DNA of 64,000 bases from Candidatus Poribacteria bacterium (GCA_963665235.2 CAXXLX010000001.1:1760001-1824000), one strand, 5' to 3'; counted from the first letter of the stretch, positions 1 to 10,395 are shown. The notes: generated by a model from the letters alone, not told the origin. A program made the numbers and translations.

Positions 1-487
1 CTCTTTGGGGAATAGTGGATTCGCCTCGTACGATTTCACCATCTGCAAGTTCTGCACAAAGGACAATGTGATCGAGAGTGACAGGAATGATTCTGCCGCG
101 TACTGCAAGAAAGCGGGATGCTGCTTGGATAGCCTTCGGAAAATTTCCGTTATTCAATTCAATGAGGGCCGTCAGCAGGATATTTCCTATGGTATGTCCG
201 CCGAGCTCGCCATTGCTTGAGAAGCGATGTTCAAAGAGCTTAGCGAATTCATCTTCGTCGGATAGGGTGAACAGGAGTCTGCGGATATCTCCAGGGGGTG
301 GTACATCGAACTCGTCAATGAGGCGTCCCGAGCTTCCGCCATCGTCAGAAACGGTAACGATTGCCGCTAGACTGTCCAAATCAAGGATATTATCGTTAGC
401 TGTTGCATAATCGGCATAGTGTTTAATGCCGCTGAGCAGTGCTGATAATCCACTTCCACCGCCTATGCAAGCAAGTTTCAAAGTCAT
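1..487 (-). CDS. yvcK: YvcK/CofD-like gluconeogenesis factor (UPF0052), 3' end runs off the window
   Basis: Not in the ORF track; manual translation from ATG at 487 gives MTLKLACIGGGSGLSALLSGIK...IVTVSDDGGSSGRL...PPGDIRR...GHTIGNILL, the YvcK signature motifs. Confidence 0.88.
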   Translation of the reverse strand, partial: MTLKLACIGGGSGLSALLSGIKHYADYATANDNILDLDSLAAIVTVSDDGGSSGRLIDEFDVPPPGDIRRLLFTLSDEDEFAKLFEHRFSSNGELGGHTIGNILLTALIELNNGNFPKAIQAASRFLAVRGRIIPVTLDHIVLCAELADGEIVRGESTIPQR

Positions 488-625
488 GATTTCTCCAAAC
501 CGCTACTAAGGCGATTTTAACTCCTATCGGCAAACTTCGTGAATGCATAAGGCACTCAGGAAAAGATGGATGCGAATTGTTAAACATCTAACCCGTGGGG
601 GTTATTGCTTTCATATAAGGATTAA

Positions 626-770
626 TTTATTAATTCGGTAATTCTAATTCGGTAATTTTCTGTCCGGTTTGGCAAATTATAACTCCGGGTGTTCAAAGCT
701 ATAACTCCGGACGATGAAGCTGAAACCCTATGCCAAAGGGTTTCTAAAATTACACCGATTACTGAATTAT
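626..770. repeat. Small element bounded by AATTCGGTAAT...ATTAC(C/T)GAA inverted ends
   Basis: TTTATTAATTCGGTAATTCTAA is shared exactly with 24002-24023; both copies end in ATTACTGAATT / ATTACCGAAATT. Confidence 0.5.
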
Positions 771-868
771 TTCCTTAAAACTGCTATGAAAAACGACCGC
801 ACTCACCTTTTACATGAGTGTTTAAATTATAGCAAGTATAATTAAATTGGTATAATTAAATAACGCAA

Positions 869-2296
869 TTAACGGTTAATCGGTTTCATTAAAATTTTTA
901 AGGTATCCATGGTTTCATCACATAAAGCCGCTGCTTGTGCGAAAGTGGGGGCTTCACTAAAAATCCGTATGACTGGTTCTGTTCCAGATTTACGGATGTT
1001 GACCCACCGGTCCTCCCAAACCCGTTTAATACCATCTGTTAGCTCAAGCAGCGGTGCGGAATTGCTGTCGTTGTTGGCTTGGTATTTTTTTAAGGCAAGG
1101 TCAAGGAGCTGTGTTGCGATTTCCTGCGATGGAATTTCCAATTTCTTCCGGCACATTTCGTAATGTGGCACGTTTTCCACAAGTGCACTGATAGTGGTAT
1201 CCGATTCGGCAAGGTGTTGCATAATTGCTGCGATAGAAGCGATGCCATCGGTAGTGTAATGAAGCGTGGGGTAGATAACGCCCCCGGTGCCTTCCCCGCC
1301 GATGCTTGCGTTAATTTCGTGCATCTTTTCGACTACCCACCCCACACCGACTTTGGTTCGATGGAGTTTTACTCCATGTTTTGCAGCGATATCGTCCAGC
1401 ATTCGACTTGTTGAAACTGTGGCAACGATATCTGCTTTCTGTTGTGTACCAGTAGCGGCGGGTTTCGACTTACGCAGAATAAAATCTGCAGCGAGCGCGA
1501 ACGTCCATTCACCACTGAGGGCCACGCCGGAATCTGTAACAATTACAACCCGGTCAGCATCGCCGTCGTGTGCAAAGCCGATATCCGCTTGTGCGGTACG
1601 GACGGTGTTGCAAAGCTCTTCTAACGTTTCAGGTGTTGGTTCCGCCGGCCGGCGGAAGTGGCCATCGGGTACACAATTGAGTCTGATAACCTTGCAGCCG
1701 AGTTCGTGCAATAGGGCAGGACTAATTACGCTGCCAGCCCCGTTACCGCAATCAAGGACAACTTTGAGATTAGCATTTCGGATTAAATCCACGTCAAGCC
1801 ATGGCGCGTTAAGAATCTGCTGAAGATGGTGTGTTGTGGCATCGGTAAATATTTCAAGTGTGCCTTGTTCGTTCCACGGGGCGAGTGTGAAATTTTCCGT
1901 TTCATAAATTTGTATCAATTTATCCCGTTCCCCCTGCGTCAGGAGTTTTCCGGATTCGGAGGCAAACTCAATGCCGTTCCAATCCACAGGGTTGTGACTA
2001 GCTGTGATAGTAATACTTCCTTGTGCTCCAAGCGATTTCGCCATCATGAGAACAGTGGGGGTTGGACAGAGCCCCACGTCAATAACACGACACCCAGTGG
2101 CGAAAAGACCAGCGAGCACGGCGTGTCGAAGCATGGGACTTGAGGTGCGCGAATCGCAACCGATAACGACGGTTCTGCCGCCAATAAATGTTCCGAAAGC
2201 TAGCGCGAACCGTGTAATCACACGGACATCAAGCGAGACACCAACCTGTCCTCTAACACCTGAAACGCTGATAATGGGGGTTTGCGTTTTATCCAT
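869..2296 (-). CDS. glmM: Phosphoglucosamine mutase / phosphohexomutase
   Basis: Motifs SVSGVRG, TASHNP (phosphoserine), DGDADR (metal loop), GGEGTGG, RKSGTEP. Start chosen at MDKTQ (2296). Confidence 0.85.
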   Translation of the reverse strand: MDKTQTPIISVSGVRGQVGVSLDVRVITRFALAFGTFIGGRTVVIGCDSRTSSPMLRHAVLAGLFATGCRVIDVGLCPTPTVLMMAKSLGAQGSITITASHNPVDWNGIEFASESGKLLTQGERDKLIQIYETENFTLAPWNEQGTLEIFTDATTHHLQQILNAPWLDVDLIRNANLKVVLDCGNGAGSVISPALLHELGCKVIRLNCVPDGHFRRPAEPTPETLEELCNTVRTAQADIGFAHDGDADRVVIVTDSGVALSGEWTFALAADFILRKSKPAATGTQQKADIVATVSTSRMLDDIAAKHGVKLHRTKVGVGWVVEKMHEINASIGGEGTGGVIYPTLHYTTDGIASIAAIMQHLAESDTTISALVENVPHYEMCRKKLEIPSQEIATQLLDLALKKYQANNDSNSAPLLELTDGIKRVWEDRWVNIRKSGTEPVIRIFSEAPTFAQAAALCDETMDTLKILMKPINR

Positions 2297-2309
2297 AAAA
2301 CTCTCTCTA

Positions 2310-2346
2310 GATTGGCAATTGGCAATTAGCAATTAGCAATTAGCAA
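2310..2346. repeat. Heptamer tandem repeat (ATTGGCA/ATTAGCA)n
   Basis: About 5 units. The same family recurs at about 6943-6980, 16157-16200, 17690-17740 and, inverted as (ATAGCCA)n, at 17790-17822. Confidence 0.8.
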
Positions 2347-2420
2347 GAGAAGAAATTGTTTTCTTTCTTTGGTTTTCAATAGCCAACAGCCATTGTGGGT
2401 TTTTCTGCGTTCAACCCGAC

Positions 2421-3197
2421 CTATAAACACAATTTTAATGTGGACAAACTCCTAGATATTCGCGAGGCACCTAAAAGGCAGCCGCCGCCTATCAAAAGTT
2501 GTCCGAAACCGATAACGTACCACGCGGGATACGTGAAATCGTAAGATGGAATCAATGTCAACTCGTAGAGCAGCGGGGTTCTAAAAATGTTCCACCCTTC
2601 GAATATGCTGCAGACAGCAATAAGTGGGTTTGCATGAAGGACAATTGGCACAAGAGGCTGGACGTTGTCGATATGACGTTCCACGGGGGTCAGCAGAAAC
2701 ATGCTGCCGACGAGAAAACCCCACAAAATATAGGCAAATTCTGCTGCGAAAAGTCTGTCCCGGAAAACTTGTGCTCCCCATAATCCGACAGCTCCCGCTG
2801 AAAAACTATAAATGGTTAGCACCCCCAACATTTTTAACGCCTGCACGAATGACATATCCGCGGTAATTAAAATGAAACCGATGGATAAAAATGCCCAGCC
2901 TAAAATAGGAAGCTGACTGATGACGAGCGTTTTCAACAAGCGAAGCCTTTCGGAATTAGGGCTGAGTGCCAATAGCTGCGTTGATGGAACCGTCGTATCC
3001 CCGGAACGTGCTGCATAAGCGGCCAAATAGGGTGCAACGACAAGGACAACGCATACCTGCGCGAGTGAAAAACATTCCGCGGGTAAACCCAGCTTTGCAC
3101 GTACCAATAGCTCGTAAATTATCCACTGTAGAAAAGTGGCGATGAGGATGCAAATCAAAAAGATTTTTTTATTGTAAGGCTTCGTTGCCATAAACAT
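2421..3197 (-). CDS. Integral membrane protein (ABC-2 permease-like)
   Basis: 258 aa with about 6 hydrophobic segments and a HANPL motif. Confidence 0.6.
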   Translation of the reverse strand: MFMATKPYNKKIFLICILIATFLQWIIYELLVRAKLGLPAECFSLAQVCVVLVVAPYLAAYAARSGDTTVPSTQLLALSPNSERLRLLKTLVISQLPILGWAFLSIGFILITADMSFVQALKMLGVLTIYSFSAGAVGLWGAQVFRDRLFAAEFAYILWGFLVGSMFLLTPVERHIDNVQPLVPIVLHANPLIAVCSIFEGWNIFRTPLLYELTLIPSYDFTYPAWYVIGFGQLLIGGGCLLGASRISRSLSTLKLCL

Positions 3198-3200
3198 AAC

Positions 3201-3890
3201 CTATTCGCGTTGTAGCTCGCTTCGCAGCTGCAAAATTGCCTCGGCAATTGAGATAAGGTTCGGATTAACAATCAGTGCTTGTTTGTATGCCTCAATTGCT
3301 TCGTTAATTCTTCCCAGTTTCAAATAAACGTGCCCCATGCCGGCAAACGCGCCGAAGTGATGCGGATTGCGTGCGATTGTCCGTTTGCAATCTTGGAGGG
3401 CATTGTGCCATTCTTCCAACATGAAATAGGCAATTGCGCGTTGATTGTAGCCTTCGGCGAAATTCGGTGCAGCTTCAATTACCGCGGTAAACTGTTCAGC
3501 TGCCTGCACGTATTTCTCATTTCTAAGGAGCATTTTTCCTGCATTGAGCATTTGGTCTACGGATGCATCCCCGGAGCGGGACCAAATGTTCCACAACGCA
3601 TTCTCCGCGATGAGGCGGGTGCGCGAATCATCACACTTAAGGGTATCCACCAGGACAGGGACAACTTCGGTGTCGCCAATGAACCCGAGGGCAGATATCG
3701 CAGCCCGGCTGACAAGCGGCTCGGGGTTTTGAATATAGTCCACCAGCTCGACGGCTGCGTATTTGGATTCCAATACCTGTTTAAGTGTTTCCTCGTCCTC
3801 CGAATTTTTGTGCATCAGAATTACTAATTCGGAAAACCCGTTATGTGTGGCCATGGTTACGCTCCTTGTCCTCTCCGTTTTAATCGCCAA
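3201..3890 (-). CDS. HEAT-repeat plus TPR protein
   Basis: N-terminal HEAT repeat (ALGFIGD...AENALW) and C-terminal TPRs (AEGYNQRA, FGAFAGMG). True start may be the ATG at 3854. Confidence 0.8.
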   Translation of the reverse strand: MAIKTERTRSVTMATHNGFSELVILMHKNSEDEETLKQVLESKYAAVELVDYIQNPEPLVSRAAISALGFIGDTEVVPVLVDTLKCDDSRTRLIAENALWNIWSRSGDASVDQMLNAGKMLLRNEKYVQAAEQFTAVIEAAPNFAEGYNQRAIAYFMLEEWHNALQDCKRTIARNPHHFGAFAGMGHVYLKLGRINEAIEAYKQALIVNPNLISIAEAILQLRSELQRE

Positions 3891-4187
3891 TTAGAGATTG
3901 GGGTCGCACAGTGCATCGGCATGTTTTGCCAATTCAAAGTCCAATTCGCTGATGCCTCCCGCATCGTGTGTCATTAGGTCAATTGTCACGCGGTTATAGA
4001 CGTTGAACCATTCCGGATGATGATTCATGGATTCGGCAATCAGGGCGAGTTGTACCATGAAACCGAACGCGGTAACGAATGTATCAAATTGCAATTCTTT
4101 GTGCAATTTTCCGTTTTCGACAGTCCAGCCGTTGAGTTGTTCCAAATTCTTCTGAATTTCGGTATCCGTGAGTTTTTTTCTAGCCAT
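3891..4187 (-). CDS. phhB: Pterin-4-alpha-carbinolamine dehydratase
   Basis: HHPEWFNVYNRV...THDAGG signature; RBS AGGAGG upstream. Confidence 0.93.
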   Translation of the reverse strand: MARKKLTDTEIQKNLEQLNGWTVENGKLHKELQFDTFVTAFGFMVQLALIAESMNHHPEWFNVYNRVTIDLMTHDAGGISELDFELAKHADALCDPNL

Positions 4188-4319
4188 CAAATTACCTCCT
4201 TAAGGGATATGCTAAATTTTTTAGTGGAATATATGCTAATATTAAGTTAAAATTATAATGAAAAAGTAGGATAAAATCAAGTTAAAATATCTGATAACTT
4301 AGAAAAGAAGGAGAAATGG

Positions 4320-5546
4320 ATGGCACTTGCAACAACACTATATTTTCCGGAGGTAGGCCCGCAGTGGGAAGACTGGATCCAAGTGATCAATGTCGGTCCC
4401 GAGGAAACCCGCGTGACAGGCATTGCCCGGCACGCTGCCAATGGGCAGCCGACATGGTCGGATGAGCGGGAGATATCCCCGTTTGAATGTTGGACCCCGA
4501 ACGTGGAGGCGATTAAACAGAATTCCTCTATGCAGCTAACCGCTGACCAACCGATTGCAGCGGAACGCCACATGCACAACAAAACAAATATTCTCGATTT
4601 TGCGGGTGCAGCGGAGGAATATGAAACGGTCGGTTTGCGTCTGTTTTTTCCTGAATTGGTTTCCGGTGCGTTAGACTGGTTCCGATTTTTGAACGTTGGC
4701 GAGGCGGATGCGTTGGTAAACATTATTATCCGGAACCGACGGGGTGATATTGTTCGGCAACGGCATCACTCAATCAAACCGCAATGTTGCTGGGATCTTG
4801 CCGAGGGGTTAATGGGAAATGTCACCGGCACCGTTGAGGTGCAAAGTACACAACCCATCGTTGGGGAACGGCATCTCCACTATCAAGGCGGAAAAACCTG
4901 TGTAGGACAATACGGACAAGTGATCTCGGATGCCCCACGGACGCTCTATTTTCCAGAGGTCGGCCCGGCATGGCAGGACTGGGCAGTCATTGTGAATGTG
5001 GGGAGAGAACGGGGTAAGGTAACATTGATAGCGCATGAAGATGGGACTGGCGACCCGGTAACAACGATGGAACACGATTTGGATCCTTTTGAATGCTGGA
5101 TGCCGAGGATGGATGATATTAAAATTAAATCTTCTATCTTAATACGGTGCGATCAGCCGATTGTCGCAGAACGACACATGCACAGCGGTACCGCTGTCAT
5201 CGACCTTCCTGGGGCATCAGAGGAGGGGGGACAGGTTGGGCTTCGTCTGTTTTTTCCTGAAGTTGCAAGTGGGGCGCGCGACTGGTTCCGTTTTCTCAAC
5301 GTCGGCGAGGTGGATGCGTTTGTTAACCTCATTGTTCGTAATAAAAAGGGGGACATTCGTCGGCAGCTGCATCGTCAGATTAAACCCCGGTGTTGTGTGG
5401 ATGTAGACGAGGGCGCGATGGGAAACGTAAGAGGCTCGGTTGAGGTGCAGAGTACACAACCTATCGTTGGGGAACGGCATTTGCATTATCAATCAGGACA
5501 CAGAGGGGCAGTTGTCGGTCAATACGGCATCGTCATTGGTGAGTAA
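4320..5546 (+). CDS. Hypothetical protein with four internal ~100-aa repeats (2x2)
   Basis: Repeated L(Y/F)FPE...W...NVG and QPI(V/A)(A/G)ERH(M/L)H motifs; RBS AGGAG. Confidence 0.8.
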   Translation: MALATTLYFPEVGPQWEDWIQVINVGPEETRVTGIARHAANGQPTWSDEREISPFECWTPNVEAIKQNSSMQLTADQPIAAERHMHNKTNILDFAGAAEEYETVGLRLFFPELVSGALDWFRFLNVGEADALVNIIIRNRRGDIVRQRHHSIKPQCCWDLAEGLMGNVTGTVEVQSTQPIVGERHLHYQGGKTCVGQYGQVISDAPRTLYFPEVGPAWQDWAVIVNVGRERGKVTLIAHEDGTGDPVTTMEHDLDPFECWMPRMDDIKIKSSILIRCDQPIVAERHMHSGTAVIDLPGASEEGGQVGLRLFFPEVASGARDWFRFLNVGEVDAFVNLIVRNKKGDIRRQLHRQIKPRCCVDVDEGAMGNVRGSVEVQSTQPIVGERHLHYQSGHRGAVVGQYGIVIGE

Positions 5547-5548
5547 AA

Positions 5549-6121
5549 ATGGCCTGGATTCAAACGGTAGATGCAGCGGAAGCAACAGGCATCGTAAAAG
5601 CGGAATACGATGCGGCAATGGAACGGGCAGGACAGCTCTATAATATCGTTAAACTTTTTAGTGTCCGTCCGAAAAGCATGAAAGTCTTTTTTGAACTCTA
5701 CAAAGTTGTCATGCATGATGATGAATCGCCGCTGAGTCGAGCGCAACGTGAAATGATTGCCACCGTTGTCTCAAAAGTGAATCAGTGCCATTACTGAATC
5801 GTGGTACATGAAGATGAGTTGCGTGACCAACTCACAGATACGGAACTTGTGAAGGATATTGTATCGGATTTTCGAACCGCGGCTATTGACGATACCACGA
5901 AAGCAATTCTCGAATTCGCAGTGAAGGTGACAGAGTCCGCGCATGCTGTCACCCGCTCCGATATAGAGCATCTTCGGAGTTTTGGGCTCAGCGATGAAGC
6001 ACTGTTTGCAATTGTTGAGGTGGTTGGATTTTTTGGATACGTCAATCGGCTAGCGAGCGCATTCGGCATCGAATTAGACGAATTTTTAGAACAGAGGGAC
6101 CCGGATGAATCTGAACAGTAA
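5549..6121 (+). CDS. AhpD/carboxymuconolactone-decarboxylase-like peroxidase-related selenoprotein (CHYU)
   Basis: ORFs 5549-5797 and 5801-6121 are in the same frame, separated only by TGA 5795-5797 at the second Cys of the CxxC motif (NQCHY-U-IVVH). A SECIS-like hairpin follows. Confidence 0.85.
5815..5834 (+). promoter_or_regulatory. Putative bacterial SECIS element
   Basis: TGAGTTG-CGTGAC-CAACTCA: 7-bp stem, apical loop starting 24 nt after the UGA, with G then U in the loop. Confidence 0.7.
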
Positions 6122-6941
6122 AATCGCTATTGTGACAGGCGCGGGACAAGGCATCGGGAAAGCTATTGCACTTAGACTCGCGAAGGCGGGGGCTGATATT
6201 GTCCTAATGGATATAAGTCTTGCAGATGTCCCAACGCAAACAGGTGAGGACAGCGCAATTACGATATGGAAATCACCCTCCGATTTGAACATCGTGCCGG
6301 ATTCTCATGCGGCCCCGGCACTTCACGTGGCTGAAGAAATTGCTGCCCTCGGTCGCCGAGTCATACCGATAGGGGCGGATGTTTCTCTATCCCCCCAAGT
6401 TGACGCTGCAGTCCAGCACGTGCTTTCTGAATTTGGACGCGTGGATATTCTCGTAAACAATGCAGGTATCGCTGGCAGAACATTACCCCTAACAGATTTG
6501 GAAGAATCGGACTGGAACGCAGTGATAAGCGTGAATCTAACCGGTGTTTTCCTCTGCTGTAAGGCGGTTATTGGAACAATGATTGCACAAGATTACGGCA
6601 GAATTGTGAATATCGCTTCAATTGCTGGTAAAGAGGGTAACCCGACACTGATACCGTATTCGGTCTCTAAGGCAGGCGTTATCTGCTTGACGAAAGCCCT
6701 CGCTAAGGAGGTAACGGACTATAACATCCGTGTGAATGCCGTATCACCCGCGGTGATTGAAACTCCGATTTTAGAAGGTATGGCACAGTCCACAATTGAT
6801 TATATGGTCAGTAAGATTCCGTTGGGACGGGTTGGTAAACCGGAGGAGGTTGCCGCTGTTGTCAATTTCTTAGCTTCGGATGAGGCAAGTTTTGTGACGG
6901 GCCAGTGTTACGATGTGAGCGGCGGTAGGGCAACGTATTAA
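6105..6941 (+). CDS. SDR family NAD(P)-dependent oxidoreductase
   Basis: TGAGQGIG, NNAG and YSVSK (YxxxK) motifs. Confidence 0.92.
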   Translation: MNLNSKIAIVTGAGQGIGKAIALRLAKAGADIVLMDISLADVPTQTGEDSAITIWKSPSDLNIVPDSHAAPALHVAEEIAALGRRVIPIGADVSLSPQVDAAVQHVLSEFGRVDILVNNAGIAGRTLPLTDLEESDWNAVISVNLTGVFLCCKAVIGTMIAQDYGRIVNIASIAGKEGNPTLIPYSVSKAGVICLTKALAKEVTDYNIRVNAVSPAVIETPILEGMAQSTIDYMVSKIPLGRVGKPEEVAAVVNFLASDEASFVTGQCYDVSGGRATY

Positions 6942-7218
6942 ATGGCGATTGGCTGTTGGAAACCATTGGAAACCATTAGCAAGAGGAAGAAAAACAAAGA
7001 GGAAGAGCCGTCTTCTCTTATACTTTTTGCTAATGGCTAATGACTAATCTAGTATTCGGGCAAACAGCCCGCTTCTCTGTAGGGTAATTCATTGTCCGTT
7101 GTCAACTTCAGAAATACCGCACCCTATCTTAAAGCGATCTTGATAATAAATGTCCATTTTTTGCTAAAACTACCAGAGAACGCTGTGTGTGAAAACTTCT
7201 TTCAAACTCACGTTAACC

Positions 7219-7494
7219 TTACCTAAGAGTTTGTCTAGCGAACCCCTCAGTGAGCGGTTCCAAAGCAGCAGGATTCCAATCACCTCGCTGTCGAATCGAA
7301 GGTTTAAGAAAAACGCTGCCACGTAACTTTAGGCGGTTCTGTGAGAAGTCTACGTACTTTATCCCTTGCTTCATCCGTTCCTCCTGCCGCTGGAGGACAA
7401 AGTCAAAGTATGCTGTCCAATCACCGAACTGATTGATAAGTTTTGCGTGTGCTTCATGCTTTTCCTTCACGGGGTCAAAATTATTGTTAGACAT
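7219..7494 (-). CDS. Small hypothetical protein, putative antitoxin partner
   Basis: Start overlaps the stop of the PIN gene; 91 aa. Confidence 0.5.
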   Translation of the reverse strand: MSNNNFDPVKEKHEAHAKLINQFGDWTAYFDFVLQRQEERMKQGIKYVDFSQNRLKLRGSVFLKPSIRQRGDWNPAALEPLTEGFARQTLR

Positions 7495-7961
7495 TAGAAT
7501 TTCTCCAATATTGCCTTTGGGGAGTCAATGCAGGGTGGTTTATATCCAGTCTCCCTACAAATTCGTTCAATTTCAGGTCGAGTCTGTGGGTTCGCAAGGT
7601 GCCTAAAGTTCCAAGTCGCAAGATAAGGAATAACATTTCTTGCTGCGACAGCTACGTGCACGGCATCAATGAACGCCTTCTCAGGCATTGCTTTAGGATT
7701 GATTAACCGCTTTGCAAGATCAATATCTGCTTTCTTCACAAGCAAGCGAGGGATTCCTTTAATTGCTTGCAACCTCTTAGCTGCTTGAGTTTTATTCCCT
7801 TCTTCTATTTCGTCAATAACATAATCCGAGAGTATAAATTTGAAGCGAGCATCGTTCCAAAACCGATGTGTGATTCTCTGCATCTCCGCTATTTTAGGGT
7901 TGTTACTCTGCCTAGCTACCAGATAACTCGGTATCGTTGCATCAATATAAACCCGATTCAT
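7494..7961 (-). CDS. PIN-domain (VapC-like) toxin
   Basis: VYIDATIPSYL, DEI, DAVHVAVA and TWNFRHLAN motifs. Confidence 0.85.
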   Translation of the reverse strand: MNRVYIDATIPSYLVARQSNNPKIAEMQRITHRFWNDARFKFILSDYVIDEIEEGNKTQAAKRLQAIKGIPRLLVKKADIDLAKRLINPKAMPEKAFIDAVHVAVAARNVIPYLATWNFRHLANPQTRPEIERICRETGYKPPCIDSPKAILEKF

Positions 7962-7996
7962 CTTATTCCTTTCAGTGAACTCACGAACTCGCTTCG

Positions 7997-10216
7997 TTAC
8001 CTTTGGATGTTGAGTTCTTGGATGCGACGTTGAATAGCAGCTTCAAAAGGATGGTACTTTTGCTGCTGTACCAATTTTAATGCGATTTGGAAATCCAACT
8101 TTGCTTCTGCAATATAATTTAGGCTCACCTTTGCTTCACCCAAGTTGATGTAAGCTTCTATATAATGAGGATTCAAATCGAGTGCCTTCTGAAGATCAGT
8201 AATAGCGTCGTGATATCTGCCTAGCATAGATTTTACAAGCCCTCGGTTGTTGTAAACTTTAGCAAATGTCGGCAGCAACTGTAGTGCTTGATCGTAGTCA
8301 GCAATAGCGGCTTCGTAATCCTCTAACTCGGAATTCAGATCGCCTCGATTCGCGTAAGCACCGGGGGACTCTGGTTTTAGACGGATAGCTTCGTTCAAGT
8401 CGGCAATAGCTTCTGCATATTCACCAAGTTCAATCTTCGCGCCCGCTCTGTTTTGGTAAGCCCCTGCAAGTTCAGGGTCTAGTCGGAGTGCCGTATCAAA
8501 ATCAGCAATGGCGGATTCGTTTTGACCGAGCAGCATTTTCGCCGTGCCTCGGTTGCAGTAAGTAACGGGAGAATCCGGTTGTAATTGAATAGCTTGAGTT
8601 AAATCAGCAACGGCCCCATCATGTTTACCAAGTACTGTTTTCGCCCGGCCACGACCAATGTAAGCATTGACAGAATCGGGTTTCAATTGGAGTGCCTCGT
8701 CATAACTAACAATGGCTTCCTCGTATCGCCCAAGCGTGTTCTTCACGTCGCCTCGATTGATGTATGCACTCACGAGATTTGGATTTAACCGAATTGCTTG
8801 ATCGAAGTCGCCAACCGCCTCTTCATATTGTCCAAGTAAATTTTTTGATACGCCTCGATTGTTAAAAGCACTGGCAAAATCCGGTTCAATCAGGATTGCT
8901 TTATCAAAATCAGCGATGGCGGCCTCATATCTAGCGAGTTTATTGTTAGCGTTCCCTCGATTGTAGTAAGCGTCAGCATAATTCGGCTCCAAATCGATTG
9001 CATGCCTAAAGTCAGCAATAGCAGCTTTATATTCTCCAAGCTCCCCCTTTATAGAACCTCGATTGTTATAGGCGAGTGCAAAAGTCGGATCTATACGAAC
9101 TGCCATATCGTAGTCTTCGATGGCGGCCTTCTGTTCGCTGCGCAGTGCCCTCAATCCGCCCCGGTTGTTGTAAGCATGGGCATCATTAGGATTGATGCCT
9201 ATCGCAGCATCATAGTCGGCAATCGCTTCAGCATATAACCCCTGCTGTTCCTTCGCAAGTGCTCTATTTCTGTAAGCGTCGGCATAATCTGGCTTAATGT
9301 GAATCGCCTCACTATAATCAGCGATCGCTCCCATATATTCACCCAAGTGCGCCTTCGCGTTTCCACGATTGGTATAAGCCATCGCCGAATTCGGGTCTAA
9401 CGCAATGGCTTTGTCCGCATCAGCAACAGCTGGTTTGTAAGATCCAAGTATACTGTTTACCGCACTCCGGTTTGTATAACTTGTCGCGGAATTAGGTTCT
9501 AACGCAATGACTTTATCAAAGTTATCAAGAGCCGCATGATACTTTTCAAGCATCTTCTTCGCGATTCCGATATTGTTGTACGCTGCGGCATAATCAGACT
9601 TCAAATGGAGAGCCTCTTCATAATCAACAATGGCTGCTTCAGGTAATTCACATTGTAATTTTGCATCGCCGCGTGCACAGTAGGCTTCTGTCAACTTTGG
9701 ATTTATCCGAATTGCCTCATCGTAGTCGCTAATTGCATCGCTGTATTTACCGAGTAGATAGTTCGCTAAGCCTCGGTTATAATAGGCTTTGCTATAATCT
9801 GGATTTAGTAAAATAGCCTTATTGTAATCAATAATAGAAATTTCATGTTGCTTAAGAGCATTCTTTGCAACACCCCGAGCATGGTAGACTTCAGCGGAGC
9901 TCGAGTTTAGAAGAATTGCTTCATCAAAATCGGCAATAGCGGACTTATATTGCCCAAGTAGCAATTTACTTAAGCCTCTTTTGTAGTGTGCGTCGACATA
10001 ATCCGGTTTTTGAGCGATAAGTAGATCGTAATGGGAAATTCTTTCTTCGAGTTTCTCTTTATCTTCCTTAGCTGGTTCAGATTCCATTTTGGCAAATCTG
10101 CGATTTAGGCTGACGGTATCAAACAGACCTACGGCCAATGGACCCAAAAACTCAATCTCATTTGCAAGAGCACACTTTGCAACTGTTAGGAATATATCGC
10201 GGATCCTGATGCGCAT
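7997..10216 (-). CDS. Long tetratricopeptide-repeat protein
   Basis: Roughly 19 tandem 34-aa TPRs (AYxNRG...AIADYDxAIxLxP). Confidence 0.93.
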   Translation of the reverse strand: MRIRIRDIFLTVAKCALANEIEFLGPLAVGLFDTVSLNRRFAKMESEPAKEDKEKLEERISHYDLLIAQKPDYVDAHYKRGLSKLLLGQYKSAIADFDEAILLNSSSAEVYHARGVAKNALKQHEISIIDYNKAILLNPDYSKAYYNRGLANYLLGKYSDAISDYDEAIRINPKLTEAYCARGDAKLQCELPEAAIVDYEEALHLKSDYAAAYNNIGIAKKMLEKYHAALDNFDKVIALEPNSATSYTNRSAVNSILGSYKPAVADADKAIALDPNSAMAYTNRGNAKAHLGEYMGAIADYSEAIHIKPDYADAYRNRALAKEQQGLYAEAIADYDAAIGINPNDAHAYNNRGGLRALRSEQKAAIEDYDMAVRIDPTFALAYNNRGSIKGELGEYKAAIADFRHAIDLEPNYADAYYNRGNANNKLARYEAAIADFDKAILIEPDFASAFNNRGVSKNLLGQYEEAVGDFDQAIRLNPNLVSAYINRGDVKNTLGRYEEAIVSYDEALQLKPDSVNAYIGRGRAKTVLGKHDGAVADLTQAIQLQPDSPVTYCNRGTAKMLLGQNESAIADFDTALRLDPELAGAYQNRAGAKIELGEYAEAIADLNEAIRLKPESPGAYANRGDLNSELEDYEAAIADYDQALQLLPTFAKVYNNRGLVKSMLGRYHDAITDLQKALDLNPHYIEAYINLGEAKVSLNYIAEAKLDFQIALKLVQQQKYHPFEAAIQRRIQELNIQR

Positions 10217-10395
10217 TCGTTTCTCCTGAATAAACTATCAAATAGACTAACGGGTGGAATCCCTAAAATCCTGAAGATAGGCATGCCTGCAATTTTTAGC
10301 ACTCGGAGTAAATACATAGGATTATTATAACATACAACAGATAACGTGTCAAAGAAGATAATTCTTCAATTCTTCACAAACGGTGAGGGAGGCAC

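Noticed and set aside
5-410. Plus-strand ORFs at the window start, and the many antisense ORFs in the track
   Set aside because: They are shadows of well-supported opposite-strand genes (here yvcK).
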